Assembly (NCBI GenBank): GCA_963740185.1
Contig: CAVUDH010000001.1
Location: 60,752 to 124,751 of the forward strand
Length of the DNA: 64,000 nucleotides
Direction: 5' to 3'
From: an uncultured Verrucomicrobiae bacterium
Lineage (GTDB): Bacteria; Verrucomicrobiota; Verrucomicrobiia; Chthoniobacterales; JAATET01
Shown: piece by piece, positions 1 through 9,340 of the stretch
How the letters are laid out: each line of letters opens with the position of its first letter
Position numbering within the stretch: position 1 is the stretch's first letter
Translations under genes and position numbers: made by a program
The notes under the pieces: model-generated
Databases searched by the model: none
Seen by the model: only the letters and a program-made list of their open reading frames with translations
What the model was told of the DNA's origin: nothing

Positions 1-682
1 ACCGGACGTGGGTGAAGATGTGGATGAACAATTTCCCACCCGGCACCATCCACGAAGCCACCCGCCGCAGGAGCTCGCGGTAGTTTTTCATGTGCTCGAA
101 CATCTCGACGCTCACCACCCGGTCGAACTGATCCGCCTCGAGATCCAGCTCATTCATGTCGCACGTGATCACCCGCACGTTCGCGAATCCCCGCTCGGCG
201 CACCGAGCCTCGATGTGCTCGCGCTGGGTCGCCGAATTTGAAACCGCCGTGATCCGCGCCGCGGGATATTTCTCCGCCATCCAGAGAGTCAGACTCCCCC
301 ACCCACAGCCGAGTTCGAGAATTTGCTGCCCATCCGTTAACTCCGCGCGCTCGCAAGACAACGTCAACATCGCTTCCTCCGACTCCGCAAACGTCGTGTC
401 CGGCTTCGGCCAATATCCCGAGCTATACTTCATTCGCGGTCCGAGACAGAGTTTGAAAAACTCCGTCGGCACCTCGTAGTGCTGCTCGTTGGCGGCATCC
501 GTCTTGATCGCGATCGGGCTCGCCTTCAATTCCTCTACGAAACCCTGCAGCGCCGCCTGCTGAGCCTCGACGCCGCCGCGATCCTCCTCCCGCAATTTCT
601 TCGCGAGCAGATTCCGGATTCCCATCCGCACCGCCGCGTCCGGCAACAACCCCTTGGCCAACAATTGATCAATCGACATCAT
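1..682 (-). CDS. SAM-dependent methyltransferase, cyclopropane-fatty-acid synthase/coclaurine N-methyltransferase-like (3' end runs off the window)
   Basis: Not in the ORF track. Manual minus-strand translation gives MSIDQLLAKGLLPD...ANEQHYEVPTEFFKLCLGPRMKYSSGYW...ILELGCGWGSLTLWMAE...DRVVSVEMFEHMKNY, with the SAM motif and Cfa-family motifs. Confidence 0.85.
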   Translation of the reverse strand, partial: MMSIDQLLAKGLLPDAAVRMGIRNLLAKKLREEDRGGVEAQQAALQGFVEELKASPIAIKTDAANEQHYEVPTEFFKLCLGPRMKYSSGYWPKPDTTFAESEEAMLTLSCERAELTDGQQILELGCGWGSLTLWMAEKYPAARITAVSNSATQREHIEARCAERGFANVRVITCDMNELDLEADQFDRVVSVEMFEHMKNYRELLRRVASWMVPGGKLFIHIFTHVR

Positions 683-691
683 AAAAAACCC

Positions 692-738
692 GGGGAGCGC
701 GGGCATCCTGCCCGCCCGTCGGGGCTTCCAGCCCCGAC
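692..738. repeat. REP-like double hairpin (GGGGAG foot)
   Basis: ggggag-c-gcgggc atcct gcccgc-cc-gtcggggc ttcca gccccgac; same architecture as the copies at 52526, 54165 and 55795. Confidence 0.7.
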
Positions 739-794
739 GAATCGTTCCAACCCGCAAAGCGGCACTTTCAACCGAACATCAAAGTTACCCGCCC

Positions 795-1592
795 TCACCG
801 CCCCTCCTTCGGAAACCACGGAACGAACACGCTCGTCGTCCGCTGATACTCCCGATACTTGTTGCCGCGCGATTTCAGCGACTGCTCCTCCGCCGTCGGC
901 ACCCCGGTGACTCGGAGCAGGAAATACAGCATCAGCGCCGGGCAAAATATCGAGATCCACCCGTCCTTCGACCCGCAGGCGAAGACGAAAAACGCCACCC
1001 ACACGAGCCACTCGCAGAAATAATTGGGATGACGCGAATACCGCCACAGCCCGCGGCGACAGACCTCCCCCTTGTTCCCCGGCTTGTTGCGAAACGCGTT
1101 GAGCTGCCAATCCGCGACGCTCTCGCCCACCATCGCCACGAGCCACAACGCCGCGCCCGCCCACTCCCACACCGAAAGCGCCGCCGTCTGATTTTGCGCC
1201 GCCAGCGCGAAGGGCACCGTGAGCAGGGCCAGCAGCACTCCCTGCAATTGGAAAAACCCGAAGAACATCAACCAGGGGGAGTTCGGAAATTGATCCCGCA
1301 GAGTCGCGTAGCGCCCGTCTTCCTCCGGATGATGTTTCGCGATGCGTCGCCACAAATGCGTCCCCAGGCGCAGACTCCAGACCGCCACCATCACCGCGAT
1401 GAGCGTCTTCCGATCCGGGTCACCCCGCCCCAGCAGCCAGTAGGCTCCGACCAGGAGGGTGAACCCAAGCGACCACGCCACGTCGACGATGCTGGCGTTG
1501 TTGATCCAGCGAGCGAACACCCAGGTCAGCATCATCAGCGCCAGGGCCAGCGCAAACCCGACCGACACCAAGAACCAAAAACTCTCCGTCAT
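795..1592 (-). CDS. DUF1295 family membrane protein (steroid 5-alpha-reductase/ICMT-like)
   Basis: NNASIVDVAWS, EDGRY, ESVADWQL, GLWRYSRHPNYFCEW, YQRTTSVFVPW. The ATG at 1592 overlaps the upstream stop (ATGA). Confidence 0.9.
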   Translation of the reverse strand: MTESFWFLVSVGFALALALMMLTWVFARWINNASIVDVAWSLGFTLLVGAYWLLGRGDPDRKTLIAVMVAVWSLRLGTHLWRRIAKHHPEEDGRYATLRDQFPNSPWLMFFGFFQLQGVLLALLTVPFALAAQNQTAALSVWEWAGAALWLVAMVGESVADWQLNAFRNKPGNKGEVCRRGLWRYSRHPNYFCEWLVWVAFFVFACGSKDGWISIFCPALMLYFLLRVTGVPTAEEQSLKSRGNKYREYQRTTSVFVPWFPKEGR

Positions 1593-2860
1593 CCTGCCTG
1601 CCCCCCGAAACCATAAACCTCCGACCGCAACGCAAGATTGTTCGGGCGAGTGTAGATCGCCTGCACCACCGAGATGTGCCGGGTCCCGAAGGCCGCCTCG
1701 CAATAGCGCAGATAATACCGCCACTTCCGCAGGAATCGTTCGTCAAATCCCAGCGCCCGCACCGCTTCCCGCTGCTCCTCGAAGCGCTCTGCCCATACCC
1801 GCAAGGTCTTCGCGTAGAAAAATCCGATGTCTTCCCAATCGAACAGATTCAGCCACCCGGTCTGAGTGAATGCCTCGGTCATCCGCGCCTGCGACACCAG
1901 CAGGGAGCCCGGGAAAATGTGTTTTTGAATGAAATCCACTCCGTCCCGCAGAATCCGAAACTGCCGGTCCGGGCAGGTGATCATCTGCAGTCCCAGTAAT
2001 CCGTTTGGACGCAGCAGTCGCTCGCACGCCGCCACAAACGTGTTCAGATAGGCGTCGCCTACCGCCTCGATCATTTCGATCGAGACGATCTTGTCGAACT
2101 GCCCCGTAATCTTCCGATAATCCTCGAGCCGCACGCTCACCCGATCCGCCAAACCCGCCGCAGCGATCCGATTCGTCGCCTCCGCGAATTGCTCCTCGGA
2201 AATCGTCACGGTCGTCACCCGACACCCGTAGGTGCCCGCCGCGTGCAGTGAAAATCCACCCCACCCCGTCCCGATCTCCAGCACCTCGTCGTCCGATCCG
2301 ATCTGCAGCTTCCGACACAGTTGATCGTATTTCTTCGTCTGCGCCGCTTCCAGCGAAAGGTCCGGCGGATCAAAGTAGCCGCTCGAATACGTCATCGTCG
2401 GATCGAGCCAAAGCTTGAAGAAATCGTTACTCAGATCGTAGTGCTCGCTGATGTTCCGTCGACTCGTCACGAGACTGTTCGGACGGCGTTTGTGCAGGAG
2501 CCGGTTGTAGGCATTGAGCAGCCCGATCCCGACGCCCGGACGCCCGCCTTCGGTGCGCATTCCGGCGGTCGAATCCGCGTTGAGAATGAAAAATGCGATC
2601 ACCTTCGCGAGGTCCGGCGTGTCCCAATCTCCGTCCACGTAAGCCTCACCCAGTCCGATCGGACCCGACACCACGCACTTGCGAAAAAATTCCTCCCGCC
2701 TCACCGCAATGCGCGCACCGAGTCCGGGATACAACCCGCCGAACGTCCGCTCCTCGCCGCCCGGCAATTCCACCACGAGCGTCCCCCGCGTCAGCGGGGC
2801 CAGGGTTTTCAATACGATCTTTCGGAACAACGACGTCATGCGGATGGATTTACGCGCCAT
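1589..2860 (-). CDS. cfa: Cyclopropane-fatty-acyl-phospholipid synthase family methyltransferase
   Basis: GLGEAYVDGDW, NISEHYDLSNDFFKLWLDPTMTYSS, LEIGTGWGG, SIEMIEAVG, FIQKHIFPG, RKWRYYLRYCEAAF. Start is 2860 or 2839. Confidence 0.88.
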   Translation of the reverse strand: MARKSIRMTSLFRKIVLKTLAPLTRGTLVVELPGGEERTFGGLYPGLGARIAVRREEFFRKCVVSGPIGLGEAYVDGDWDTPDLAKVIAFFILNADSTAGMRTEGGRPGVGIGLLNAYNRLLHKRRPNSLVTSRRNISEHYDLSNDFFKLWLDPTMTYSSGYFDPPDLSLEAAQTKKYDQLCRKLQIGSDDEVLEIGTGWGGFSLHAAGTYGCRVTTVTISEEQFAEATNRIAAAGLADRVSVRLEDYRKITGQFDKIVSIEMIEAVGDAYLNTFVAACERLLRPNGLLGLQMITCPDRQFRILRDGVDFIQKHIFPGSLLVSQARMTEAFTQTGWLNLFDWEDIGFFYAKTLRVWAERFEEQREAVRALGFDERFLRKWRYYLRYCEAAFGTRHISVVQAIYTRPNNLALRSEVYGFGGQAG

Positions 2861-2947
2861 CGTTTCCAACGGATGACCCAACCTCAGGTTTGAACAGAAG
2901 AACGCCGAAAGCGCAAAGCATCTCCACCCGGCTGCCTGCTGCCCCCT

Positions 2948-3007
2948 GAGCGTCGTCACCCCCGCTTCTACGAAGCAGGCCCCTCCGTAGTGGTCGACGT
3001 AAGGAGG
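2948..3007. repeat. GTAG-footed REP-like pair
   Basis: Reverse complement of gtagaagcgg(a/g)ggt(c/g)acgacgctc, followed by gtagtggtcgacgtaaggagg; related units recur at 45680-45727 and 60327-60350. Confidence 0.65.
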
Positions 3008-3101
3008 CCCCGCCCGGCACCACGCCCACCCGAGGCGACCGAAAAAGCCGCGACAATCGTTCGGTTGAACATTACGACCTACTGGTTCGTCTTTTCACAC
3101 C

Positions 3102-4361
3102 ATGGATAAAATACTCGTTCACGGCGGAGCCACCCTCAATGGCAGCGTCCGCATCAGCGGATCAAAAAACTCCGCACTGCCCATTCTTGCCGCCACGCTT
3201 CTCACCCGGGACGAGTGCATCATTCACCGCGTCCCGGACCTCTCCGACATCCACTTCATGCTCACGATCCTGAGCGAACTCGACGCCGAGGTGGAGCGCG
3301 CCAGCGGCACCGTCCGCGTCAAGGCCGAGAAGATCAAGACCGAGGCCCCTTACGACATCGTCCGCAAAATGCGCGCCTCCGTCTGCATCCTCGGCCCGCT
3401 CCTCGGTCGCGAATGCCAGGCCACCGTCTCGCTCCCCGGCGGTTGCGTGATCGGCGACCGCCCGATCGATCTTCATCTGTCCGGCTTCGAGGCACTCGGA
3501 GCCGCCGTCCGCGTCCAAGCTGGTGACGTCCGCGTCCTCGCTCCCCAACTCCGCGGCACCACCGTGAACATGCGCGGCAAATTCGGTTCCACCGTTCTCG
3601 GCACGGACAACATCATGATGGCCGCCGTCCTCGCCGAAGGCACCACCGTGATCGATGGGGCCGCCGAGGAACCTGAAGTCGTCGATCTCGCCAATTTTCT
3701 CATCAAGATGGGTGCAAAAATCGAGGGCGCCGGCACCCGCCGCATCGTCATCGAAGGCGTCAAGGAGCTCCACGGTGCCGAGCACACCGTCATCCCCGAC
3801 CGCATCGAAGCCGGCACCTTCCTGGCCGCAGCCGCCATCGCGGGCGAGAGCGTCACCCTCAAGAAGGTCGACCCCACCCACCTTACCGCCGTCACCACAC
3901 CCCTCTTGGATGCGGGCTACGCGATCACCGCCGACGGCGATAACCTCACGCTCGAGCGCAACGGCTCCCGCCATCCGATCGAACTCTCCACCGCGCCGCA
4001 CCCCGGATTCCCCACCGACATGCAGGCCCAGATGTGCGCGCTCCTGAGCGTCGCCGACGGCATTTCCGTGATCACGGACAACGTCTTCCCCCAGCGCTTC
4101 ATGCACGTAGCCGAGCTCAAGCGCATGGGCGCGCAGATCGACCTGCAAGGCTCCACCGCGATCATCACCGGCGTCGAGCGGCTCAGCGGCGCACCCGTGA
4201 TGGCCAGCGATCTCCGGGCGTCCGCCGCCCTCGTTCTCGCCGGACTTCGCGCCGAAGGCGTCACCGAAGTCAACCGCGTCTACCACGTCGACCGCGGCTA
4301 CGAACGCATCGACGAAAAGCTCAATGATCTCGGCGCCCACATCGAGCGCGTGAAGGCCTGA
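3102..4361 (+). CDS. murA: UDP-N-acetylglucosamine 1-carboxyvinyltransferase
   Basis: GSKNSALPIL, KMRAS, LPGGCVIGDRPIDLH, PDRIEAGT, PGFPTDMQAQ, DLRASAALVLAGL, HVDRGYE. Confidence 0.98.
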   Translation: MDKILVHGGATLNGSVRISGSKNSALPILAATLLTRDECIIHRVPDLSDIHFMLTILSELDAEVERASGTVRVKAEKIKTEAPYDIVRKMRASVCILGPLLGRECQATVSLPGGCVIGDRPIDLHLSGFEALGAAVRVQAGDVRVLAPQLRGTTVNMRGKFGSTVLGTDNIMMAAVLAEGTTVIDGAAEEPEVVDLANFLIKMGAKIEGAGTRRIVIEGVKELHGAEHTVIPDRIEAGTFLAAAAIAGESVTLKKVDPTHLTAVTTPLLDAGYAITADGDNLTLERNGSRHPIELSTAPHPGFPTDMQAQMCALLSVADGISVITDNVFPQRFMHVAELKRMGAQIDLQGSTAIITGVERLSGAPVMASDLRASAALVLAGLRAEGVTEVNRVYHVDRGYERIDEKLNDLGAHIERVKA

Positions 4362-4395
4362 CCGGCCTTCTCACACCGAATCGGAAGGATTTGAA

Positions 4396-4510
4396 GGCTC
4401 ACGCGAAGCCACGAAGCCGCAAAGAAAATACCCAAGGGTTTCTCACGCAGAGTCTCCGAGAATTCCTTCTGGATCTGTCTTCCTCTGCGCCCCTGCGTCT
4501 CTGCGCGAGG
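4396..4510. repeat. Inverted pair of 8-bp-period tandem repeats (intergenic)
   Basis: ggctcacgcgaagccacgaagccgcaaag ... tctcacgcagag ... ctctgcgc ccctgcgt ctctgcgcgag; related elements at 12526 and 15982. Confidence 0.65.
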
Positions 4511-4518
4511 AAAATTCT

Positions 4519-5322
4519 TCACCGCACGTTCAGGATCTCCGTCGCGCCCCACCGGTAACGGTCCCGGATCGCCCGCGTGATTAATTCCTTCGCCGCCCCC
4601 ACCGCGTCGCCCAGATCCAACCCCCGGGCCAAACCCAGGGCGATCGCCGCCGAATACGTGCACCCCGTGCCGTGCGGATCCGCTCCCGGCTCGAACGCCG
4701 CTTCGTAGACCCGCCGCTCCCCGTCCGCCCCCACCAGTACGTCCCGCGCGACCTCACCGCCCAGGTGCCCGCCCTTCAATAAAAACGCCGTTTCGTAAAG
4801 CAACGCCAACTCCCGTCCCGCCGCTTCCATCTCGTCGAAATCCCGCACCGATCGCCCGGCCAGAATCGCCAGTTCATCGACGTTCGGCGTGACCAGCGTC
4901 GCCAGCGGGATCAATTCCTCCCGGTAAGCAGCCACCGCCGCATCTTCCAGCAGCGGATCCCCACTGGAAGCCACCATCACCGGATCGACCACCAGCGGCA
5001 CGCCGCCCGCGACCGGCTCCCGCAGCGCCGCAACCACCGTCCGCACGATCTCCGCCGAGAAAAGCATCCCGGTCTTCACCGCCCCAACGGGGAACGCCTC
5101 AAATCCAAGCCGCACCTGCGCTTCGACCATCCCCGGCTCCATCGCGACGATCGACTCCACCTTCCCCGGCACCTCGGCGACCACGCAAGTGACCGCCGTC
5201 AACGCGTAGCCCCCTTGCGCCGTGATCGTCCGCAGATCCGCCTGCAACCCCGCACCCGCCGAGTTATCCGACCCCGCGATCGTCAGCACGACCGCCGGGG
5301 CCGTCCCGTCCGGCCCGCTCAA
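4519..5322 (-). CDS. thiD: Hydroxymethylpyrimidine/phosphomethylpyrimidine kinase
   Basis: VLTIAGSDNSAGAGLQADLRT, AVKTGML, VVDPVMVASSG, TPNVDE, LLKGGH, HGTGCTYSAAIA. Probable TTG start overlaps the upstream stop. Confidence 0.93.
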   Translation of the reverse strand: MSGPDGTAPAVVLTIAGSDNSAGAGLQADLRTITAQGGYALTAVTCVVAEVPGKVESIVAMEPGMVEAQVRLGFEAFPVGAVKTGMLFSAEIVRTVVAALREPVAGGVPLVVDPVMVASSGDPLLEDAAVAAYREELIPLATLVTPNVDELAILAGRSVRDFDEMEAAGRELALLYETAFLLKGGHLGGEVARDVLVGADGERRVYEAAFEPGADPHGTGCTYSAAIALGLARGLDLGDAVGAAKELITRAIRDRYRWGATEILNVR

Positions 5323-6002
5323 CGCCGATTGCCCAACAGGATGAACAAATAATAGGCCAACTGGCCGAGCACCGCGACAAATGCCGCTACGTAGGTCAAC
5401 GCCGCCGAATCGAGCACGGTTTTCACGCCCCTCGTTTCCTCGCCGGGCTGGATTAATTGCATCTGACCAAGGATCAATTTCGCCCGCCGACTCGCGTCGA
5501 ATTCCACCGGCAACGTGATCATTTGAAACAAAGCCAAGGCTCCGTAGCAGACCGCCGCCACGATGATGGCCTCCCGAAAAAGGAACGGGACAAACATTCC
5601 ACCGATCAGCACGAACGGCAGCACCCGCGAGGCGATCGACGTCATCGGCACCACCGCCATCCGCCACTTCAGCGGCGCGTAGGCCTTCGAGTGCTGGATC
5701 GCGTGCCCGCACTCGTGAGCGGATATTCCCAACGCCGCCACCGACGGCGTGTGATACACGTCCGTCGACAGACAAAGCCGCTTCTTCGTCGGATCGTAAT
5801 GATCGCCCAGCATGTCGTTGATTTCGACCACGTCGACGTCATTGATCTGCGCCGCGCGCAGAATCTGTCGGGCTGCTTCCGCTCCGGACACCCCCGACGA
5901 GGCGCGCACTTGCTTCCACTTGCCAAACGCGGATTTCACCTTGAATTGCGCGATCAAGCCAAGGACCAACGGGATTCCAATCAGAACAAAAAATAGCATC
6001 AT
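5319..6002 (-). CDS. Putative neutral zinc metallopeptidase (YugP/Zn_peptidase_2 family)
   Basis: DHYDPTKK, AHECGHAIQH (HExxH), ITLPVEFDASRRA, AALTYVAA. Confidence 0.92.
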   Translation of the reverse strand: MMLFFVLIGIPLVLGLIAQFKVKSAFGKWKQVRASSGVSGAEAARQILRAAQINDVDVVEINDMLGDHYDPTKKRLCLSTDVYHTPSVAALGISAHECGHAIQHSKAYAPLKWRMAVVPMTSIASRVLPFVLIGGMFVPFLFREAIIVAAVCYGALALFQMITLPVEFDASRRAKLILGQMQLIQPGEETRGVKTVLDSAALTYVAAFVAVLGQLAYYLFILLGNRR

Positions 6003-6060
6003 AGGTCAGAAAAGTAGGTTGTCGGAGGCTTTGGACAGATCAAGCCGAAGGATGTTCAAA

Positions 6061-6165
6061 TTCCGCACTTTCCATTTTCCATTTCTCATTTCTCGTTTCT
6101 CGTTTCTCATTCCGCATTTCTCGTTTCTCATTCCGCATTTCTCATTTCTCATTCCGCATTTCTCA
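6061..6165. repeat. Tandem array of 15 degenerate heptamers (TTTCTCA/TTTCTCG/TTCCGCA)
   Basis: Read directly; includes a higher-order 21-bp unit (tttctcR tttctca ttccgca) three times. Confidence 0.95.
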
Positions 6166-6184
6166 TTACCATCCGCCGCCTGTT

Positions 6185-7830
6185 ATGGAGACCTTCGTCA
6201 TCGGCCACAAAAACCCCGACATGGACGCCATCGTGTCGGCCATCGCCTACGCCCGCCTGAAACAACTCACCGGCGAGCCCGGCACCACCGCCGCCCGCTG
6301 CGGCAGCACGAACGAGCGAATCGATTTTGTCCTGAAAAAATTTGCCGTCCCCGCGCCGACGTTTCTCAGCGACGTCCGGCCACGCGTCGAAGACGTGATG
6401 GATCGTGACGTGGTCTGCGTGAATCACCGCTCTCCCGTCTACGACGCGATGCAGCAGATCGGTGAGACGAAATTTCGCGGCCTCCCCGTGGTCGACGACG
6501 ACAAGCGCTGCATCGGACTCATCTCCGGCTTCAAAGTCAGCCAGATCCTCTTCCCGCCCATCGAAGAGCTCAGCATGACGCGCCGGGTCGAGGCCTCCGT
6601 CGCCAACGTGGCCAGCACGGTCGCGGAACCGTCCTCGCGGGCACGCCCTGCGAGGACTATCTACGCCTGACTCTCGTTGTCGCCGCCATGCATTTCAGTT
6701 CGCTCGAAGAACGGCTCGCCGCGCTCGACCTCCCCCACACCATCGTCATCGTCGGCGACCGCTTCCGGGTCCAACACATGGCCATCAAGATGGGTGCGAA
6801 GGCCCTCATCGTCACCGGCGGCCTCCCCGTCGGCGAAGACGTCCTGGAAGCCGCCCGGGCGGCGGGAACCACCGTGATCAGCTCGCCGCACGACACCGCC
6901 ACGACCGTCCTCCTCGCCCGCAGCGCCGTCACCGCCGAGCGGATGCTCTACGCCGACTTCCAATCCATCTCCCCCGACACCTCGCTCGCGGAGGCCCGCC
7001 GCGAAGTCATGCTCGCCTCGCAGTTTGCCTTCCCGGTCATCGACGACGATCAGCGTCTCGTTGGGATTCTGACCAAGAGCGATTTCCTGCGCACCGTCCC
7101 GCGCCAACTCATCCTCGTCGACCACAACGAACTCACCCAGGCCGTCGACGGAGCCCACGAGATTCCCATCGTCGAGATCATCGACCACCACCGGCTCGGC
7201 TCAGCCGCCACCGACGCGCCGATTCTCTTCCTCAACCGCCCGGTTGGCTCCACCAGCACCATCGTCGCGACGTGCTACCAACAAGCGGGCATCGCCATTC
7301 CGCCCGAGATCGCGGGCATCCTCATGGCCGGGCTCATCTCCGACACCCTAAACTTGAGTTCCCCCACGACCACCGACGTGGACCGCGGGATCATGGACGA
7401 TCTCTCCGCCATCACCGGGATCGAACCCGGCACGCTGGCCGAGGAAATTTTCTCCGTCGGATCGCCGCTCCTTACGATGACCGCCGACGACGCCGTCACC
7501 GCCGACTGCAAGGACTACGCCGAACGCGGACATTCCTTCTCCGTCGCGCAAATCGAAGAACTCAGTTTTTCCCACTTTGACGACAAAAAGGCCGCCCTGA
7601 TCGAGGCGCTGGAATCCTTCCGCGCCTCCCGTAACTTTCTCTTCTCCGCGCTGCTCGTCACCGACATCAACACGCAGAATTCCGTCCTCATCGTTCGTGG
7701 CAGCACGGCCTTCACCAAGCACATCGACTACCCCGACCTCGGTGCCCACCTGTGGCAGATGGACGGCGTCGTCTCGCGCAAGAAACAGCTCCTGCCCTAT
7801 CTCAGCAGCATCCTCGGCAAAATGGCCTGA
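6185..7830 (+). CDS. ppaC: Mn-dependent inorganic pyrophosphatase with CBS-DRTGG-CBS insert (one frameshift near 6623)
   Basis: GHKNPDMDAIVS, CBS domains, LVDHNE, IIDHH, PVGSTSTIV, ISDTL, GVVSRKKQLLP. Two ORFs join with a single-base shift. Confidence 0.9.
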
Positions 7831-7840
7831 GGCATTTTTT

Positions 7841-7957
7841 TTGGAGTGCGGCGCTCAGCGCCGCTTTCGCCGCGCGGGTTGAATTTTGCGGATTCGCGCT
7901 GGCCATTGTCCGCCCACCGATCCGCATCCGAAAGCTCCGCCGAGCGGAGCACTCCAG
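7841..7957. repeat. REP-like inverted element (TGGAGTGC...GCACTCCA) between convergent genes
   Basis: ttggagtgcggcgctcagcgccgcttt ... aaagctccgccgagcggagcactcca. Confidence 0.65.
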
Positions 7958-7962
7958 AAAGA

Positions 7963-9288
7963 CTACCCGAGACGATCCAACCCCCGACGCACGCCGTCGA
8001 ACATCTCGTCGATCTCCGCCCGCGTGATCACCAGCGGCGGCGACAGCGCGATCAGATCGCGGATGCCGCGCACGATCACCCCTTCTTCGCGGATCAGTCC
8101 AGCCGCCCGCGCGCCGAGTGCGCCCAGCGGCCGTCCGCCGGCGACCCGCAGTTCCAGCGCACCAATCAACTGATAACCCCGCACCTCCGCGACCAACGGG
8201 TGGTCCGTAAAATCGTGCAGCCGCTGCTGAAAATAGGGTCCAATCTCGTCCCGAACCGCTTCGATCAGCCCCCCCTCATCGATCACCTGCAAATTCGCCA
8301 GCGCCGCCGCCGCGCACGTCGGATGTCCGCTGTAAGTGAATCCGTGGGAAAAATACCCGCCCGAGTTGATCACCTCCACCATCTCATCGCTCGCCATCGT
8401 CGCGCCCATCGGCAGATACCCACTCGTCAGTCCCTTGGCCAACGTCATCACGTCCGGATCGAGGTCCCACAGCTCACTCGCAAACCACGCGCCCACCCGG
8501 CCAAACGCCGTGATCACCTCGTCCGCCACGAACAGGACTTCATTCGCGCGGCAAAGCTCGCGCAGCGCTTTCAGGTATCCCTCCGGCGGCACGATCACGC
8601 CGCCGGCACCCTGGATCGGCTCGACGAACATCGCCGAGATCGTCCCGGCCCCCTCCCGCTCGATCACCGCCGCCGTCTCCGCCAGACACTTTCGCCCGAA
8701 TTCCTCCGCGCTCAATTTCGACTGCGCCGCGTACGGATGCGGCGCGGGCACGTGAACGAACTCCGGCAGCGGCAACCCGAACGGCACGTTGCACACCGGC
8801 AACCCCGTCAAGCTCGAAGTCGCCATCGTCACCCCGTGGTAGGCAAAATTGCGCGACAGCACTTTCCGCTTCTCCGGCCGACCGAGGATCTCGTTGTAGG
8901 ATCGGATCATCTTGAGCGCCGTCTCGTTCGCCTCCGACCCCGAGTTCGAGAAGACCGCCCGGTTCACCCGCCCCGGTGCGTGTCGCCCCAGCCACTCGGC
9001 CAACCGGATCGCGGGCTCGGTGGTGCTGTTGAAAAACGACGGGTAATACGGCAGCGCCGCCATCTGATCCCGCACGGCATCCAGGATCGGTTGGCAATTG
9101 TAGCCCACGTTCACGCACCACAGCCCGGCCAACCCGTCGAGCAGGCGTTCGCCGCTCGCACTGACCACGTGGCAACCCTCACCCGCCGTCAGCACGTGCG
9201 TTCCCTCCCCGTGCATCGAAGCGTGGTCCGTGAACGGATGAATGTGAAAATTCCGATCCGTGGCCTGCAATTCGGCTAGCTGATTCAT
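7963..9288 (-). CDS. Class III aminotransferase (omega-amine/putrescine:pyruvate type)
   Basis: DGLAGLWCVNVGY, NSGSEANE, AYHG, EPIQGAGGVIVP, ADEVITAFGR, LAKGLTSGYLP, HGFTYSGHP. Confidence 0.93.
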   Translation of the reverse strand: MNQLAELQATDRNFHIHPFTDHASMHGEGTHVLTAGEGCHVVSASGERLLDGLAGLWCVNVGYNCQPILDAVRDQMAALPYYPSFFNSTTEPAIRLAEWLGRHAPGRVNRAVFSNSGSEANETALKMIRSYNEILGRPEKRKVLSRNFAYHGVTMATSSLTGLPVCNVPFGLPLPEFVHVPAPHPYAAQSKLSAEEFGRKCLAETAAVIEREGAGTISAMFVEPIQGAGGVIVPPEGYLKALRELCRANEVLFVADEVITAFGRVGAWFASELWDLDPDVMTLAKGLTSGYLPMGATMASDEMVEVINSGGYFSHGFTYSGHPTCAAAALANLQVIDEGGLIEAVRDEIGPYFQQRLHDFTDHPLVAEVRGYQLIGALELRVAGGRPLGALGARAAGLIREEGVIVRGIRDLIALSPPLVITRAEIDEMFDGVRRGLDRLG

Positions 9289-9340
9289 ACCACCAAAATC
9301 TACCCGCTCCCCCCGCCAAGCCAAGCCCGGCGAGTGACGC

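Noticed and set aside
6061-6165. Possible CRISPR array
   Set aside because: Contiguous 7-bp units with no unique spacers, and no cas genes in the window
5812-6408. ORF with FSFLIPH repeats
   Set aside because: Spurious translation through the heptamer array, overlapping two real genes
6600-6690. Programmed frameshifting in ppaC (similarly in GH42, the L,D-transpeptidase and the ccoN-like gene)
   Set aside because: No slippery sequences are evident, and single-base indels scattered through conserved genes fit assembly error better
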